Program-made: the position numbers and the translations under genes
Source of the DNA: an uncultured Eubacteriales bacterium
GTDB taxonomy: Bacteria; Acidobacteriota; Aminicenantia; Aminicenantales; Saccharicenantaceae
Length of the DNA stretch: 64,000 nt
Reading direction: 5' to 3'
Assembly: GCA_964525875.1 (NCBI GenBank)
Contig: CAZGJS010000010.1
Span: 38,168-102,167, forward strand
In this document: positions 9,060 to 21,547 of the stretch, in pieces
Numbering within the stretch: the first letter of the stretch is position 1
Layout: each line of letters opens with the position of its first letter
Notes under the pieces: model-generated
Seen by the model: only the letters and a program-made list of their open reading frames with translations
What the model was told of the DNA's origin: nothing
The model's database searches: none

Positions 9060-9593
9060 ATGAAACCGTGGATATTGATCTTGATGTTCGTCATCGCCCT
9101 GGGCGCGTTCGCAAAGGCCCGGGCCCAGGAAAAACCGCTCGAGGTCGTGCCGTCCGTCAACGTCCAGCGATACCTCGGGACGTGGTACGAGATTGCGACC
9201 ATCCCCCAGCGCTTTCAGAAAGGCTGCGTCGGCGTCTCGGCCCATTACTCGCTCCGCGACGACGGGGATATCGACGTTGTCAACGCCTGCCGCAAGGAGA
9301 CGCTCGACGGCAAGCAGCGCTCGGTCCGCGGCAAGGCCTGGATCGTCGACAAGACGACCAGCGCCAAGCTCAAGGTCCGTTTTTTCTGGCCTTTCTCCGG
9401 CGCCTACTGGATCATCGAGCTGGATAAGGACTACCAGTGGGCCGTCGTCGGCCACCCCAACCGGAAATACCTCTGGATTTTGAGCCGGACGCCGCAGATG
9501 GACGGGCCGCTTTACGACGATCTTCTCAAACGGATCGCGGCCAAGGGCTACGACCTGAGCAAGATCAAGAAGACCCTTCAGCCGGGCGGCTGA
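9060..9593 (+). CDS. blc: Bacterial lipocalin (Blc-like)
   Basis: RYLGTWYEIA, KLKVRFFWPF, YLWILSRTP lipocalin motifs. Signal peptide has no lipobox Cys. Confidence 0.92.
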   Translation: MKPWILILMFVIALGAFAKARAQEKPLEVVPSVNVQRYLGTWYEIATIPQRFQKGCVGVSAHYSLRDDGDIDVVNACRKETLDGKQRSVRGKAWIVDKTTSAKLKVRFFWPFSGAYWIIELDKDYQWAVVGHPNRKYLWILSRTPQMDGPLYDDLLKRIAAKGYDLSKIKKTLQPGG

Positions 9594-9609
9594 TCCGGGC
9601 ATTCAAGGA

Positions 9610-11667
<2,058 letters not shown>

Positions 11668-11692
11668 TTCTTCAGAAAGCCTTATTCGAGGC

Positions 11693-13432
11693 TCACTTCG
11701 CCGGGACGAGGACGATCTTCTCCAAGTTCATGGCGTGGTTGTTGACGACGGACGTGATCCTGACCCGGAGCTTGTGCGCGCCCGCACCGAGGGCGACCTT
11801 GCCGACGGAAAACGTCTTGGGGAAATAGACGCTCGGAGAGGATTCCGTCTTGGCGGCGAGCTTCACTCCGTCCACCTCGACCTCATAGGCGGCCTGGCCG
11901 CCCCACATGCCGGCGTAGGAGGCCAGGATTTCGAAGGCCCCGGCCTTGTCCGTCGTGAAAGCCCACTCCGGGTAGTCGTTGACGTTCTGCCAGTTGGCCA
12001 GCATCGTCGTCCTGTAGAAGTGGTCGAGGTAGGCGCGCTGGCCCATCTCCGACTGGATGTCGGCGAGATAAACGGGGAGTTCGACCCGCCCGTCCTTTTC
12101 CGGACCTATCTTGTAGGGTTCGACCTCGGGTGGGCCCTGGAGCTCGACGACGACCACCGTCGCGTCGGGGTCGCGCTCCCGTTCCGGCAGAGTGATGATG
12201 ACGTCCTTCCCCGTCCGCTTGAATGTCAAAGGCCTACCGGGGCCTGTCAGCAAATAAGTTTTTTTCACGTCCGTCTTGAGCCCCGGAAGGCGGATCCTCC
12301 CGTCGGCGGGCCAGCCCATGACGTGGATGTAGAGCTTCGTTCCCTTGACCGTCGACCGGCCGAAGAAGGGGAGGCGTTCGAAGACGCTGGCCGTCGTCCC
12401 GTAGATGGCGTCGCCGTTCGTATTAAGCCATTCGCCCATCCGCTTCAGCCGGGCGACGAAATCGGCCTGGATGCGGCCGTCGGGCTGGGGCCCGACGTTG
12501 AGGAGAAGATTGCCGCCCTTGCTGACGATCTCGATGAGCTGGCGGATGAGCTGGCTCGCGCTGTGGAACTCGGTTTCGTAGCGGTTGTAGCCCCAGCCGT
12601 TCCAGTTCATCGTATAGCAGGCCTCCCAGAGACGGGGGCTGCCGTCCGGGTTGCGGACGCCCGTGGCTGGGACGTAGTTCTCGGGCGTGCCGAAGTCGCC
12701 GTGGCCGGGCTCGCGCTTGAACAGCCGGTCGTTGATGAGGAGCGCCGGCTTCAGGCCGAGGAGCATTTTTTCGATGGCGAAGGCCCGCTGTTCTTCGTTC
12801 GAGTGCTCCCACTCGCCGTCGAACCAGAGGACGGCCGGGTCGTATTTCGCTACGAGCTCCATGAGTTGGTTCGTCGCGAAGTCCATGTAGCGCCCGAAGT
12901 CGGCACCCTTGGAACTCCGGTCGGTCTCCCAGCCACGCCGGGGCAGATAGTCGGGGTGGTGCCAGTCCATGATCGAGTAGTAGAAGCCGAGCGGGATCCC
13001 GGCCTTCTTGCAGGAGATCGCGAGAGGGCCGAGGATGTCTTTCCCGTACTTGGCCTTCATGACGTCATAGTCGGTGTAGGCGCTGTCGAAGATGGAGAAG
13101 CCGTCGTGGTGCTTCGAGGTGATGATGATATATTTCACGCCGGCGTCTTTCGCCAGCGCGGCCCACGCGTCCGGGTCGAATTCGACCGGGTTGAAGCTCT
13201 CGGCGTAGTATTGGTACTCCTTGAGCGGGATCTGGAGGAGCTGGCGGGCCCACTCCTCGCGGCCGATCATGGAGTAGACGCCCCAATGGATGAACAGGCC
13301 GAATTTGGCTTCCCGGAACCATTGGAGGCGGTCGGGCGTCCGGGACTGGGCCCCGAGGGACGGGACCGTTGAGGCGAAAAACGTTGAAAATAAAAGAAAT
13401 GCCGCGAAATAGGCGATCGTCCGGGTTTTCAT
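11693..13432 (-). CDS. Alpha-L-fucosidase (GH29) with C-terminal CBM-like domain
   Basis: [39 protein letters not shown], signal peptide. Confidence 0.92.
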   Translation of the reverse strand: MKTRTIAYFAAFLLFSTFFASTVPSLGAQSRTPDRLQWFREAKFGLFIHWGVYSMIGREEWARQLLQIPLKEYQYYAESFNPVEFDPDAWAALAKDAGVKYIIITSKHHDGFSIFDSAYTDYDVMKAKYGKDILGPLAISCKKAGIPLGFYYSIMDWHHPDYLPRRGWETDRSSKGADFGRYMDFATNQLMELVAKYDPAVLWFDGEWEHSNEEQRAFAIEKMLLGLKPALLINDRLFKREPGHGDFGTPENYVPATGVRNPDGSPRLWEACYTMNWNGWGYNRYETEFHSASQLIRQLIEIVSKGGNLLLNVGPQPDGRIQADFVARLKRMGEWLNTNGDAIYGTTASVFERLPFFGRSTVKGTKLYIHVMGWPADGRIRLPGLKTDVKKTYLLTGPGRPLTFKRTGKDVIITLPERERDPDATVVVVELQGPPEVEPYKIGPEKDGRVELPVYLADIQSEMGQRAYLDHFYRTTMLANWQNVNDYPEWAFTTDKAGAFEILASYAGMWGGQAAYEVEVDGVKLAAKTESSPSVYFPKTFSVGKVALGAGAHKLRVRITSVVNNHAMNLEKIVLVPAK

Positions 13433-13472
13433 GTTTCGACCTCTCCTCCTCGACGGATATCCCAAGATTATA

Positions 13473-15803
13473 TCAGTACTTGATAAACGCTTTCGGGTCG
13501 AGCCCGGAGTCCGGCGGCAGGCGCCACATGAAATCCGGGTCGATGCGGGGCTCGTCGTTCCGGTGTTTTTCCATGAGGGCGACTTTTCTCCGTATGAGCT
13601 CCGGCAGGTTCGTCCCGTACATGTTGAAGGTCTCGCCCGTCGGGTCGATGGGCATGAACCGCGTCTTCGAGGACTCGAAGAGCGCAGCCAGAGCGCGGGC
13701 GTTCCCGACCTCGTCGTCGATCATGGCCCGGACCGTGGTCAAGCGTCTCTCCCGCTCGGCCGGGTCTTTCGCCTCGATGGTGCCGTGGACCCCTGACACC
13801 CAGGCCGCCGTGTTGCGCAGGGTCCGGAAGTAACAGCGCAGGCCCCGGAGCCGATCGAACTGGTCGACGAAAACCGAACGTGCGTCGCCCCTCGCCGCTT
13901 GGACCGCGTCCTTCAGGACCCCGATCGCCTCGTCCAGGGGCTTCCACGTCCGCTGGTCGGCCTGGGCCACGACCGCGTCCGCCTGGTCGCGGGTCATGAG
14001 AGTCCAGAGGATGTCCGTGCCCAGGTCGACGAGGTTGGGGTTGTTGAAGGTCACGGTCATATACTTCTCGTAATAGGCGCGCTCCGCCTCCGGGATCCTC
14101 TCGATATCCGGGGCGAAGGGCCGGACGAGAAGCCGGTACCAGGGGAAGCCCCAGTTGTTGTCGCCGTATAGCCCGATCGACGGAAAGCCGCGGACGGCCG
14201 TGTCGCAAAGCCGCCAGGCCTTGACCAGGGCCGGGGCCCCGCTCTTCCCGACGAGCCGGGCTGCCGCGGCGGACACGACGGCGTCGATGTCCGCGGCCGG
14301 GTCGAAGTTGAGGGCCCTCAGCACGTCCCGGTTGACGTCGTAGGGGGCCAGCGGCGCCGGGTCGACCGTGACCTGGGCCTTGTCGAATCCGGCCGCCGCG
14401 AGTCCGCGGACCTCATCGGCCGCGAGCCAGGGCGAGGGGATGCCGAGCAGGTAGTTGTTCTGGAGGCGCGTCGTCGTGAAGATCTCGCTGCCTTTGGCCG
14501 GCAGGGACATGAGCCGCCGGCCGCGCGGCGAGTCGTCGAGCTCTTTCGGCGCGACCCAGAGGTCGAGCCCGTCGGTCAGGCCGTCAAGGATGAACTCCTC
14601 CTCGTTCGAGAAGGAGAAGAGGTTGAAGAGGAGGCGAAATTCAGGACGGGTCTCGGCGGCCGCGTCGCGCAGGGTCCGGAAATAGCGGAGGACGTTTTCG
14701 GCCGCGGCCTTGGCGATGGCCTCGTGGGACTTCCACTCGCGGACGAGGTAGGCGCCGCCGTTTCGGCCGGCGTACAGGCTGGCTGTGTACTCGAAGCCCG
14801 AGCCGCTGTCGTTTGTCCAGAGGTAGATGTAGCCGAGCTCGGGGACCTCGTGCATCAGCCGTCGCATGAGCTCGGCATAGTGCCAGCGGACGGCGGGATG
14901 GGAGAGGGTCAGCGTGTAGCGCGGGCGATAGCTCCTGAAGGGGTGGTCGACGCGGGCCCCGCGAAGGTAGGGGTATTTCTCGAGGACGGCGTCGGGAACG
15001 GAGCGCGGCGAACTGATGTTGAGACCGGGCGTCAGGCCGTACTTGACCGCGAGGCGGGCGTTCTCCTTGAGGAGCGTCAGGTTGGCCTCGAGATATTCGG
15101 GCGAGTATGCCCCGGCGTTGAGGGGCGTCTCGACGAACTGGTCGAGGTCGGGGCTGAAATAATAAAAACGGTAATAGATCTCCCCGGGCGGTCCCTGCTC
15201 GGCCGGCATATCCTTGGCCAGGGCGTTCACCGGCACGTGGCTGAAGCCGAGGCGGGCCAGCTCTCGGACGGAGCGCTCGGCGTCGTAGCCGGCGGCGACC
15301 CGCTTCGGGTTGGCCAGGTAATTGTCGCCGCCCTCGAGCCGGGAGAAACGGGGGACGACGACTTTCCCGTTCTCGAACCCGGCGGCGTCGAGCCCGAGCC
15401 ATTCCTCCTTGAGCAAGGAATAAAGCGCGTAAAGGAGATGGGGCGCGGACGTCGTGAGCTCGCCACCCCCGTCCGGGGAGAGCTTGAGGAACATCCAGCT
15501 TTTCCCGCCCGTATTTCGGAGGGCGTCGGGCGACGGTCCGGCGAGGAATTTTTCGTCGGCGATGGCGATGCGCATGACGCCCTTTTCGTATCCCCCGCCC
15601 GGCCCGACGGACTTGATCGCCGCCTGGGGCGCGAGGTCGCGGTGGAATTCATCGGCCACGGTCCGGTCGACGGGACGTCCGTTCGCGGGAATGGCCAGGA
15701 CGCGGACGTTTTTCAGGGCGTCGGCGACCGTCGGCTTGCGTTCCGCGGCGAAACCGAACCCCAACAGGGACAGGACCCCCAGGATCGTGACGAATTTGGC
15801 CAT
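13473..15803 (-). CDS. Secreted hypothetical protein, possible glycoside-hydrolase-like TIM barrel
   Basis: 776 aa with a signal peptide and host-like codon usage. Lies directly upstream of the GH29 gene. Central IYLWTNDSGSGFE motif. Confidence 0.7.
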   Translation of the reverse strand: MAKFVTILGVLSLLGFGFAAERKPTVADALKNVRVLAIPANGRPVDRTVADEFHRDLAPQAAIKSVGPGGGYEKGVMRIAIADEKFLAGPSPDALRNTGGKSWMFLKLSPDGGGELTTSAPHLLYALYSLLKEEWLGLDAAGFENGKVVVPRFSRLEGGDNYLANPKRVAAGYDAERSVRELARLGFSHVPVNALAKDMPAEQGPPGEIYYRFYYFSPDLDQFVETPLNAGAYSPEYLEANLTLLKENARLAVKYGLTPGLNISSPRSVPDAVLEKYPYLRGARVDHPFRSYRPRYTLTLSHPAVRWHYAELMRRLMHEVPELGYIYLWTNDSGSGFEYTASLYAGRNGGAYLVREWKSHEAIAKAAAENVLRYFRTLRDAAAETRPEFRLLFNLFSFSNEEEFILDGLTDGLDLWVAPKELDDSPRGRRLMSLPAKGSEIFTTTRLQNNYLLGIPSPWLAADEVRGLAAAGFDKAQVTVDPAPLAPYDVNRDVLRALNFDPAADIDAVVSAAAARLVGKSGAPALVKAWRLCDTAVRGFPSIGLYGDNNWGFPWYRLLVRPFAPDIERIPEAERAYYEKYMTVTFNNPNLVDLGTDILWTLMTRDQADAVVAQADQRTWKPLDEAIGVLKDAVQAARGDARSVFVDQFDRLRGLRCYFRTLRNTAAWVSGVHGTIEAKDPAERERRLTTVRAMIDDEVGNARALAALFESSKTRFMPIDPTGETFNMYGTNLPELIRRKVALMEKHRNDEPRIDPDFMWRLPPDSGLDPKAFIKY

Positions 15804-15931
15804 AAACGCCTCCTCCCCATTATTCTATGAGATTCCAGAGATGGTCTGCAAGCGGCGAGGTCCCTGAGAAAATTCGGCTACGGCGAGCGTTGCTTTAATG
15901 AAGGCATTAAAAGGCGTTTCCCCGAGGTCCC

Positions 15932-17368
15932 ATGGCGCATCGATTCCTCTCCCGGTTGGCCGAGGCCATCTTCGACCAGGTCCCCTCGGACCAGGCCCTT
16001 TTCCGGACGCTCGACGGAAAAGGGAACAGGGTCTTCGAAACCTCCAGGGGGATGGATGGGACGAACGGCGGAGGGGGCCCTATCCGGGACACGGACGAGG
16101 CGATCGTCCGCCGGGTCCTTGAGATGAGCCGGCCGGTCCTCGTCACGGACCTCGCTTCGGAACCGCTCTTCGCCGACTTGGAGCTCGATGGGAACGACCA
16201 TCCCCGGAGCCTTCTGGCCTATCCTTGGACGCTCCAGGGCCTCCCCGCCGGCGTCGCTTACCTGGCCCGAAACGGCGCCGGCCGCCCCTTCACCCGGGAA
16301 AACATGGAGTTCCTGACCTTGGCCATGTCGCCCGTTCTCTACCTTTTAAGGGGAAACGGAAGCCGCGGTCCGGAGGGAGACGTGCCGGTTCCCGGTGACA
16401 CGCCGGCAGGCTGCCCGTTCATGGGGACGGCGCTCCCCGTCCGGCGTGTCCGGGCCATGATCGAAAAAGTCCGGGACACCGACGCGGCCGTCTTCATCTC
16501 GGGGGAGAGCGGCACGGGAAAGGAACTTGCTGCCAGAATCATCCACGAAACGGGGCGCCGTCGGGCCGGGCCTTTCGTCGCCGTCAACTGCGCCGCCATC
16601 CCGGAAGCCCTCATCGAGAGCGAGCTTTTCGGCCACGCCCGGGGGGCCTTCACCGGCGCCGTGAGGGACAAGGTGGGCCTCATCGAAGAGGCCTCGGGCG
16701 GGACTTTTTTCCTCGACGAGATCGGCGACTTGCCGCTCGCCCTCCAGTCCAAGCTCCTCCGCGTTCTCGAAGAGAAAAAAGTCCGCCGGGTCGGCGAGAC
16801 GCGCCACCGCGCCATCGACGCCCGATTCGTCAGCGCCACGAACAAGGACCTCGACCACGAGGTCGAGCGGGGCCGTTTCCGCCAGGACCTCTACTACCGG
16901 TTGAAGATCATCGCCATCGACCTGCCGCCCCTCCGGGAAAGACCGGAGGACGCCTTGCTCCTCCTCAATCATTTTCTCGACGAATTCTCCCGGTCCATGG
17001 GCAAACCCCGGCCGTTCCTTTCGCCCATCGCGTTGGAGATGCTCCTGCGCTATCCCTGGCCGGGGAACGTCCGCGAGCTCCAGAACGAGGTCCAGCGATG
17101 CCTGGTCATGGCCGACGGCGCCCCGCTCATCCTCGAGGAGTACCTCTCGCCTAAAATCAATCCGGCCGGGGAGACTTATTCGCGCGCCTCCCACCTCTTC
17201 TCCGAAGCCAAGGCGGATTTCGAGAAGCGGTTCCTCAGGGAGGCCCTGGTCCGCTGCCGGTATCACCGGACCCGGACGGCGGCCGAAGTGGGACTGACCC
17301 GCCAGGGGCTGTTCAAGCTGCTGAAAAAACACGGGATAGAAGCGAAATGCGTTCAAAACGGGCCGTAG
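15932..17368 (+). CDS. Sigma-54-dependent transcriptional activator (GAF-AAA+-HTH)
   Basis: GESGTGKE, ESELFGHARGAFTGA, FLDEIGD, WPGNVREL, C-terminal HTH, N-terminal GAF-like region. Confidence 0.92.
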   Translation: MAHRFLSRLAEAIFDQVPSDQALFRTLDGKGNRVFETSRGMDGTNGGGGPIRDTDEAIVRRVLEMSRPVLVTDLASEPLFADLELDGNDHPRSLLAYPWTLQGLPAGVAYLARNGAGRPFTRENMEFLTLAMSPVLYLLRGNGSRGPEGDVPVPGDTPAGCPFMGTALPVRRVRAMIEKVRDTDAAVFISGESGTGKELAARIIHETGRRRAGPFVAVNCAAIPEALIESELFGHARGAFTGAVRDKVGLIEEASGGTFFLDEIGDLPLALQSKLLRVLEEKKVRRVGETRHRAIDARFVSATNKDLDHEVERGRFRQDLYYRLKIIAIDLPPLRERPEDALLLLNHFLDEFSRSMGKPRPFLSPIALEMLLRYPWPGNVRELQNEVQRCLVMADGAPLILEEYLSPKINPAGETYSRASHLFSEAKADFEKRFLREALVRCRYHRTRTAAEVGLTRQGLFKLLKKHGIEAKCVQNGP

Positions 17369-17378
17369 CCGGATCAGT

Positions 17379-17448
17379 CAAAGAGGGACTATCAAAGAGG
17401 GACAGTCCCCCCCAGAGGGGACAGTCCCTCTTTGATAGTCCCTCTTTG
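17379..17448. repeat. GGGACWGTCCC palindrome (REP-like family B)
   Basis: 32-bp arms caaagagggactatcaaagagggacagtcccc / ggggacagtccctctttgatagtccctctttg with one mismatch. Related copy at 32475. Confidence 0.85.
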
Positions 17449-17483
17449 TTGAAGAGGGGGGCGGGTTATGCTACATTCGCCCC

Positions 17484-17777
17484 ATGGCCGATACGAAAGA
17501 TGAAGCCCGCGTCTTTTCGCTGACCTGCCCCTGCTGCGAGGCGACCCTCTGGGTCGACGGCGAAACACGGGCCGTCCTGCGGTCCGAAAAAGCCAAGCGT
17601 AAGAAAGGCTCGCTCGACGACCTCCTGGTCAAGGAGCACAAGCGGCAGAGCGAATTCGACCGCAAGTTCGATGCCACGTTCGAGCTCCAGAAGGAAAAGC
17701 ACTCCAAGGCCGACGAGCTGTTCAAGAAGGCGCTGGAGAAAGCCGAGAAGGGCGAGGACGAAGAACCCTCAACCTAA
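17484..17777 (+). CDS. Small hypothetical protein (CPCC motif plus charged helical tail)
   Basis: 97-aa ORF with LTCPCCEATLWVD and typical codon usage. Confidence 0.75.
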   Translation: MADTKDEARVFSLTCPCCEATLWVDGETRAVLRSEKAKRKKGSLDDLLVKEHKRQSEFDRKFDATFELQKEKHSKADELFKKALEKAEKGEDEEPST

Positions 17778-17800
17778 GATCGCGCGGCCATCTCGTTGGG

Positions 17801-17948
17801 TGCCGCCACCCGTTTTGGCTGCGAGGGGGACCACCCGTTTCCCCCGGCCCCCGGGAACCAGTCCCGGCGGTTCCCCCATCGGTACCCGATGGTGCCCCCT
17901 CCGCTACGGGGGCTCCGGATGGTCCCCCTCACAGCCCGGGTGGCGGCA
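17801..17948 (-). repeat. Structured dispersed element family D, copy 1
   Basis: 12-bp terminal IR tgccgccacccg/cgggtggcggca. Core cccccggcccccgggaaccagtcccggcggt...cctccgctac shared with 35385 and 46570. Confidence 0.88.
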
Positions 17949-17990
17949 AAGAGGTCCCTTATGTACATCGCGGGGCTAAAACGTGCTGAA

Positions 17991-19466
17991 TCAGCTGCCG
18001 GGCTGCGTCTCATCCTCCCGAATCCGCGGCGCCATTGTCCACTTGGTGAAGCCGAAGACGGCCAGCATCACGACGGATAGATAGTTCATGAAGGCCCAGG
18101 GCAGGTAGGCGAAGGTCGAAACCCCCAGGGTCCCGGTGATGTAGACGCCGGCCATGCTCCACGGGATGAGGGGGACGATGATGCCGCCGCTCTCTTCGAT
18201 GATGCGCGACAGGTTCTTGGCGGCCAGGCCCTTTTTCTTGAAGATGGGTGCGAGGAGGTCGGCCGGCAGGATCATCGACAGATAGGAGCTCCCGGTGATC
18301 ATGGCCGAGAGGACGGCCGCGCCGATCGTCGTCAGGACGAGGCTCCAGACTTCGCGAGTGAATTTCATCACCCGCTCCAGAATGACGGCCAAACACCCCG
18401 TCCTCTGCATGATGCCGCCGAAGCCGAAGGCGGTGAAGGCGATGAGCTGGGTCTCCATCATGCTCATCATTCCGCCTTTGGCGAGAAGGCTGTCGACGAC
18501 CTCGACGCCCGTCCGAGCCGGGAGGCCCGAATTCATGGCCGTGGCCACGACCGTGAGGGGGATCTTCTGGACAAGGACGGCCAGGGTCGCCGCGACGAGG
18601 GAGGACAGGATCATGGCCGGGATGGTCGGCTTCTTGGCCACGGCGAAATAGAAGATGACGACCATGGGCAAGAGCAGGAGGATGCTGAAGCGGAAGTTCG
18701 ACTTGAGCGTGCGGAGGATGAGGTCGAGCGTCTCCGACTCGACCGCCGCCGCCCCGTACTTCAGGCCGACGAAGAAGTAGATGACGAGGCCCGCCAGCCA
18801 GGCCGGCACGGCCGACCACGTCATGTGCCTGATGTGGTCGAAAAGGTTCGACCCGGAGATGACCGTGGCCAGGTTGGGAATGTCGGAGAGAGGCGACATC
18901 TTGTCGCCGAAGTAGGCGCCGGCCACGACCGCCCCGGCCGCCGGGCCGAGGGGGATACCCAAGCCCATGGCGATGCCGATGAAGGCCACGCCCACCGTGC
19001 CGATCGTCCCCCACGAGGTCCCCGAGGCGATGGCGACGACCGACGAGACGAGGCAGGCCGTGGCCAGGAAGAACTTGGGCGAGATGAGCTTCAGGCCGTA
19101 GTAGATGACCATGGGGATGGTCCCGCTGGCCATCCAGGCGCCGATGAGGATGCCGACCGAGAGCATGATCAGGATGGCCGGCATGGCCTTGTGGATGCTG
19201 TCGACGATGCCCCGCTCCATGTCCTTCCACTTGAAGCCGAGGGCGAGACCCATGAAGGCGGTGATCGAGGCGGCGGCGACGAGGAGGACCTGGGCCTTGA
19301 TCTTGTAGACGCCGTAGCCGACGCCGAGGAGCAGGGCCATGGCGACGAGCGGAATGAGGGCGACGCCGAATTTCGGCGGTCGTCCCGGGACGGGGGCTTG
19401 AGGAGGCAACTGAGGCGATGTCGCCGCCGATGTCGGGGACTCCGTAATTGGGTTGCGGGAGGTCAT
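17991..19466 (-). CDS. nhaC: NhaC-family Na+/H+ antiporter or amino-acid transporter
   Basis: GTSWGTIGTVG, GAYFGDKMSPLSD, PLIPW, many TM helices. Confidence 0.88.
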   Translation of the reverse strand: MTSRNPITESPTSAATSPQLPPQAPVPGRPPKFGVALIPLVAMALLLGVGYGVYKIKAQVLLVAAASITAFMGLALGFKWKDMERGIVDSIHKAMPAILIMLSVGILIGAWMASGTIPMVIYYGLKLISPKFFLATACLVSSVVAIASGTSWGTIGTVGVAFIGIAMGLGIPLGPAAGAVVAGAYFGDKMSPLSDIPNLATVISGSNLFDHIRHMTWSAVPAWLAGLVIYFFVGLKYGAAAVESETLDLILRTLKSNFRFSILLLLPMVVIFYFAVAKKPTIPAMILSSLVAATLAVLVQKIPLTVVATAMNSGLPARTGVEVVDSLLAKGGMMSMMETQLIAFTAFGFGGIMQRTGCLAVILERVMKFTREVWSLVLTTIGAAVLSAMITGSSYLSMILPADLLAPIFKKKGLAAKNLSRIIEESGGIIVPLIPWSMAGVYITGTLGVSTFAYLPWAFMNYLSVVMLAVFGFTKWTMAPRIREDETQPGS

Positions 19467-19478
19467 CTTGGCCCTCTT

Positions 19479-20648
19479 CTAACTACTGAACGTGCCGCGG
19501 ACGAGGAGCCGCCCGCCGGCCATCATCCTTTTTCCCCGGGCGAAGACGTCGCTCAGGCCGAGATTGCCGTCGAGGACGATGAGGTCGGCGTCCCGGCCCG
19601 GCCCGATACGCCCCTTTTTCACGAGCTTGTAGAACTCGGCCGCATTGGTCGAAAAAAGCCGGGCGGCCGTTTCGGGCGGCAAGAGGCCCTTGCGAAGAAT
19701 GTCCCCGAATTTGCGGAAGAGGTCCTTTTCCGTGGCGATCGTCAGCCGGACGAGCCGGCCGCTCTCGTCGAAAACGGGGATACTGCCGTTGCTGTCCGAG
19801 CTGAGCATTATCCGGCCGAAAGGGAGGCCTTTTTCCCGGAAACGGGCGATGCAGTCTTCGAGACTCACCTCCGGGTCGGGCGGGACGGGCTCCGGCCCGA
19901 CGGTGATATCGACGGAACCGCCGCCGGCGACCCATTCGAGGCCCTCTTCGAAAAGCCCCGGGTTGCGGTTGATGTGGGTCGGGACGACCTGGCTCACCGG
20001 GATCTCCGTTTCGCGGACGAGCCGGAAGAGAAACTCGAGCCGGCGCTTGCCGTCGCCGAGATGGAAGTGGAGGACGCCGGCCTTCCCGCCGAGCATCCCC
20101 CCGACGCGGCATTCGGCCGCGAGCCCGGCGATCGCGTCGAACGTCGGCTGCGAGGAGCGGTGGTCGCTCACGGCGATCTCGCCCGCGCCGACGACCTTGT
20201 CGACGACGATGAGGTCGGAACGGACGCTCCCGGTCAGGGTCCGGACGGGGATCTCGTAGGATCCCGAATAGATGAATGTCGAGACGCCCTCGAGCTCGAG
20301 CGCCCGGGCCTTGGCCAAGAGGGAGGTCATGTGGCGGGTGACGCCGTCGGTCCCCAGACAGCCGATGACGGTCGTGACGCCGCTCGAGATGATATCTTCG
20401 ACCCTGATCTCGGGGGCGCGCGTCGCCGGGCCGCCTTCCCCTCCGCCCCCCAGGATGTGGACGTGGGGGTCGATGAGCCCGGGAAAGACGCGCTTTCCGG
20501 CCGCGTCCACGGTTTCGGCCTCGAAGCCGTCGAGCCGGATGCGGCCCGGTTCGGCTACGGCCTCGATCGCGCCTCCGGCGAGCAGGATGTCCCTCCGGCC
20601 GAGGGGCTCGGGGGCAAAGACGTCTCCGCCGCGAATCAGAGTGACCAT
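19479..20648 (-). CDS. iadA: Beta-aspartyl (isoaspartyl) dipeptidase
   Basis: PGLIDPHVHILGGGGEGG, GCLGTDG, GEIAVSDHRSS, PTHINR, SSDSNGS. Start 20648 after AAGGAGG. Confidence 0.93.
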   Translation of the reverse strand: MVTLIRGGDVFAPEPLGRRDILLAGGAIEAVAEPGRIRLDGFEAETVDAAGKRVFPGLIDPHVHILGGGGEGGPATRAPEIRVEDIISSGVTTVIGCLGTDGVTRHMTSLLAKARALELEGVSTFIYSGSYEIPVRTLTGSVRSDLIVVDKVVGAGEIAVSDHRSSQPTFDAIAGLAAECRVGGMLGGKAGVLHFHLGDGKRRLEFLFRLVRETEIPVSQVVPTHINRNPGLFEEGLEWVAGGGSVDITVGPEPVPPDPEVSLEDCIARFREKGLPFGRIMLSSDSNGSIPVFDESGRLVRLTIATEKDLFRKFGDILRKGLLPPETAARLFSTNAAEFYKLVKKGRIGPGRDADLIVLDGNLGLSDVFARGKRMMAGGRLLVRGTFSS

Positions 20649-20772
20649 GGGCGCCTCCTTACCCGGACGGGGCCTAAAGTAGCACGCCTGACGGGCGTTC
20701 GCAAGCGGCCGCGCCCCCCCCGGGGCGCTCTTTGAATTTCCCGGGCGGATTTTGTAGAATAGCCTCACGCCC

Positions 20773-21531
20773 ATGGCTACGTTCGAGGAAGAATTCAAGC
20801 GCATCGAGAAGTCCGTCGACCGCGTGACGCGGGCGTTTATTTTCCCTAAAAAAATCGACCTTCGCGGTAGCGAGAACTTCGTCCGAGAGGGCCCGAACAT
20901 CATCATCGGGAACCACATCGGGAGCTACAAGGACGTGGCCATCCTACTCCGGACCGTGCCGCGGATGATCTACTTCACCGCCAACAAGATGATCTTCGAT
21001 AAAAAAGAGGCGAGCGAGCTCGTCCTCCGTCACCTCCACCGGCACATGGGCAAGTTCGGCGGATTTGTCCATCTCATCCTCAACCCGCTTTACACCTACA
21101 TCGTGCACTTCGTGTCCGGGAACGCGGCCAAGGTCGGCTCCATACCCGTCGACATCTACGGCAGCAAGCGCGAGTCGATCCTCAAGTGCCAGGACTATCT
21201 GAGGAAGGGGAGGGCCGTCATCGCTCTGCAGGGCCGGGGCCGCGTCCATCCCAAGGACCCGAACCCCTACGTCAAGAGCTTCCGGCGGGGCGTCTCCATC
21301 ATGGCCTACAACCTGTTCAAACAGGAAGGCTTCACCGTCCCCGTTACGCCCATGTCGTTTTTCGGGACCCACATCATGTGGGGAGTGCCGGCGACGATCA
21401 AGGTCAACGTCGGGAAGCCGCTCTATATCAAAGACTACTGGGGAGGCGGCGAAGTGGAGACCGTCGAGAATTTCCGGATCGCCCTCGAACGGCGGGTTTC
21501 CGGACTCCTGTATGAAAGCTTATCGTGGTGA
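20773..21531 (+). CDS. Lysophospholipid/glycerol acyltransferase family protein
   Basis: NHIGSYKD catalytic-like motif and PlsC-like layout. Confidence 0.75.
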   Translation: MATFEEEFKRIEKSVDRVTRAFIFPKKIDLRGSENFVREGPNIIIGNHIGSYKDVAILLRTVPRMIYFTANKMIFDKKEASELVLRHLHRHMGKFGGFVHLILNPLYTYIVHFVSGNAAKVGSIPVDIYGSKRESILKCQDYLRKGRAVIALQGRGRVHPKDPNPYVKSFRRGVSIMAYNLFKQEGFTVPVTPMSFFGTHIMWGVPATIKVNVGKPLYIKDYWGGGEVETVENFRIALERRVSGLLYESLSW

Positions 21532-21547
21532 GAACGAGGAGGGAACC

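Noticed and set aside
17379-17448. Possible mini CRISPR array or simple terminator
   Set aside because: The units are inverted, lack unique spacers and have no cas genes nearby. The shared GGGACWGTCCC motif at 32475 indicates a dispersed palindrome, though terminator activity is not excluded.
17801-17948. Element D as a tRNA, SRP RNA, known riboswitch or hammerhead/twister ribozyme
   Set aside because: By eye it has no cloverleaf or T-loop, no CUGAUGA/GAAA core and no recognisable aptamer consensus. An Rfam search is still needed.
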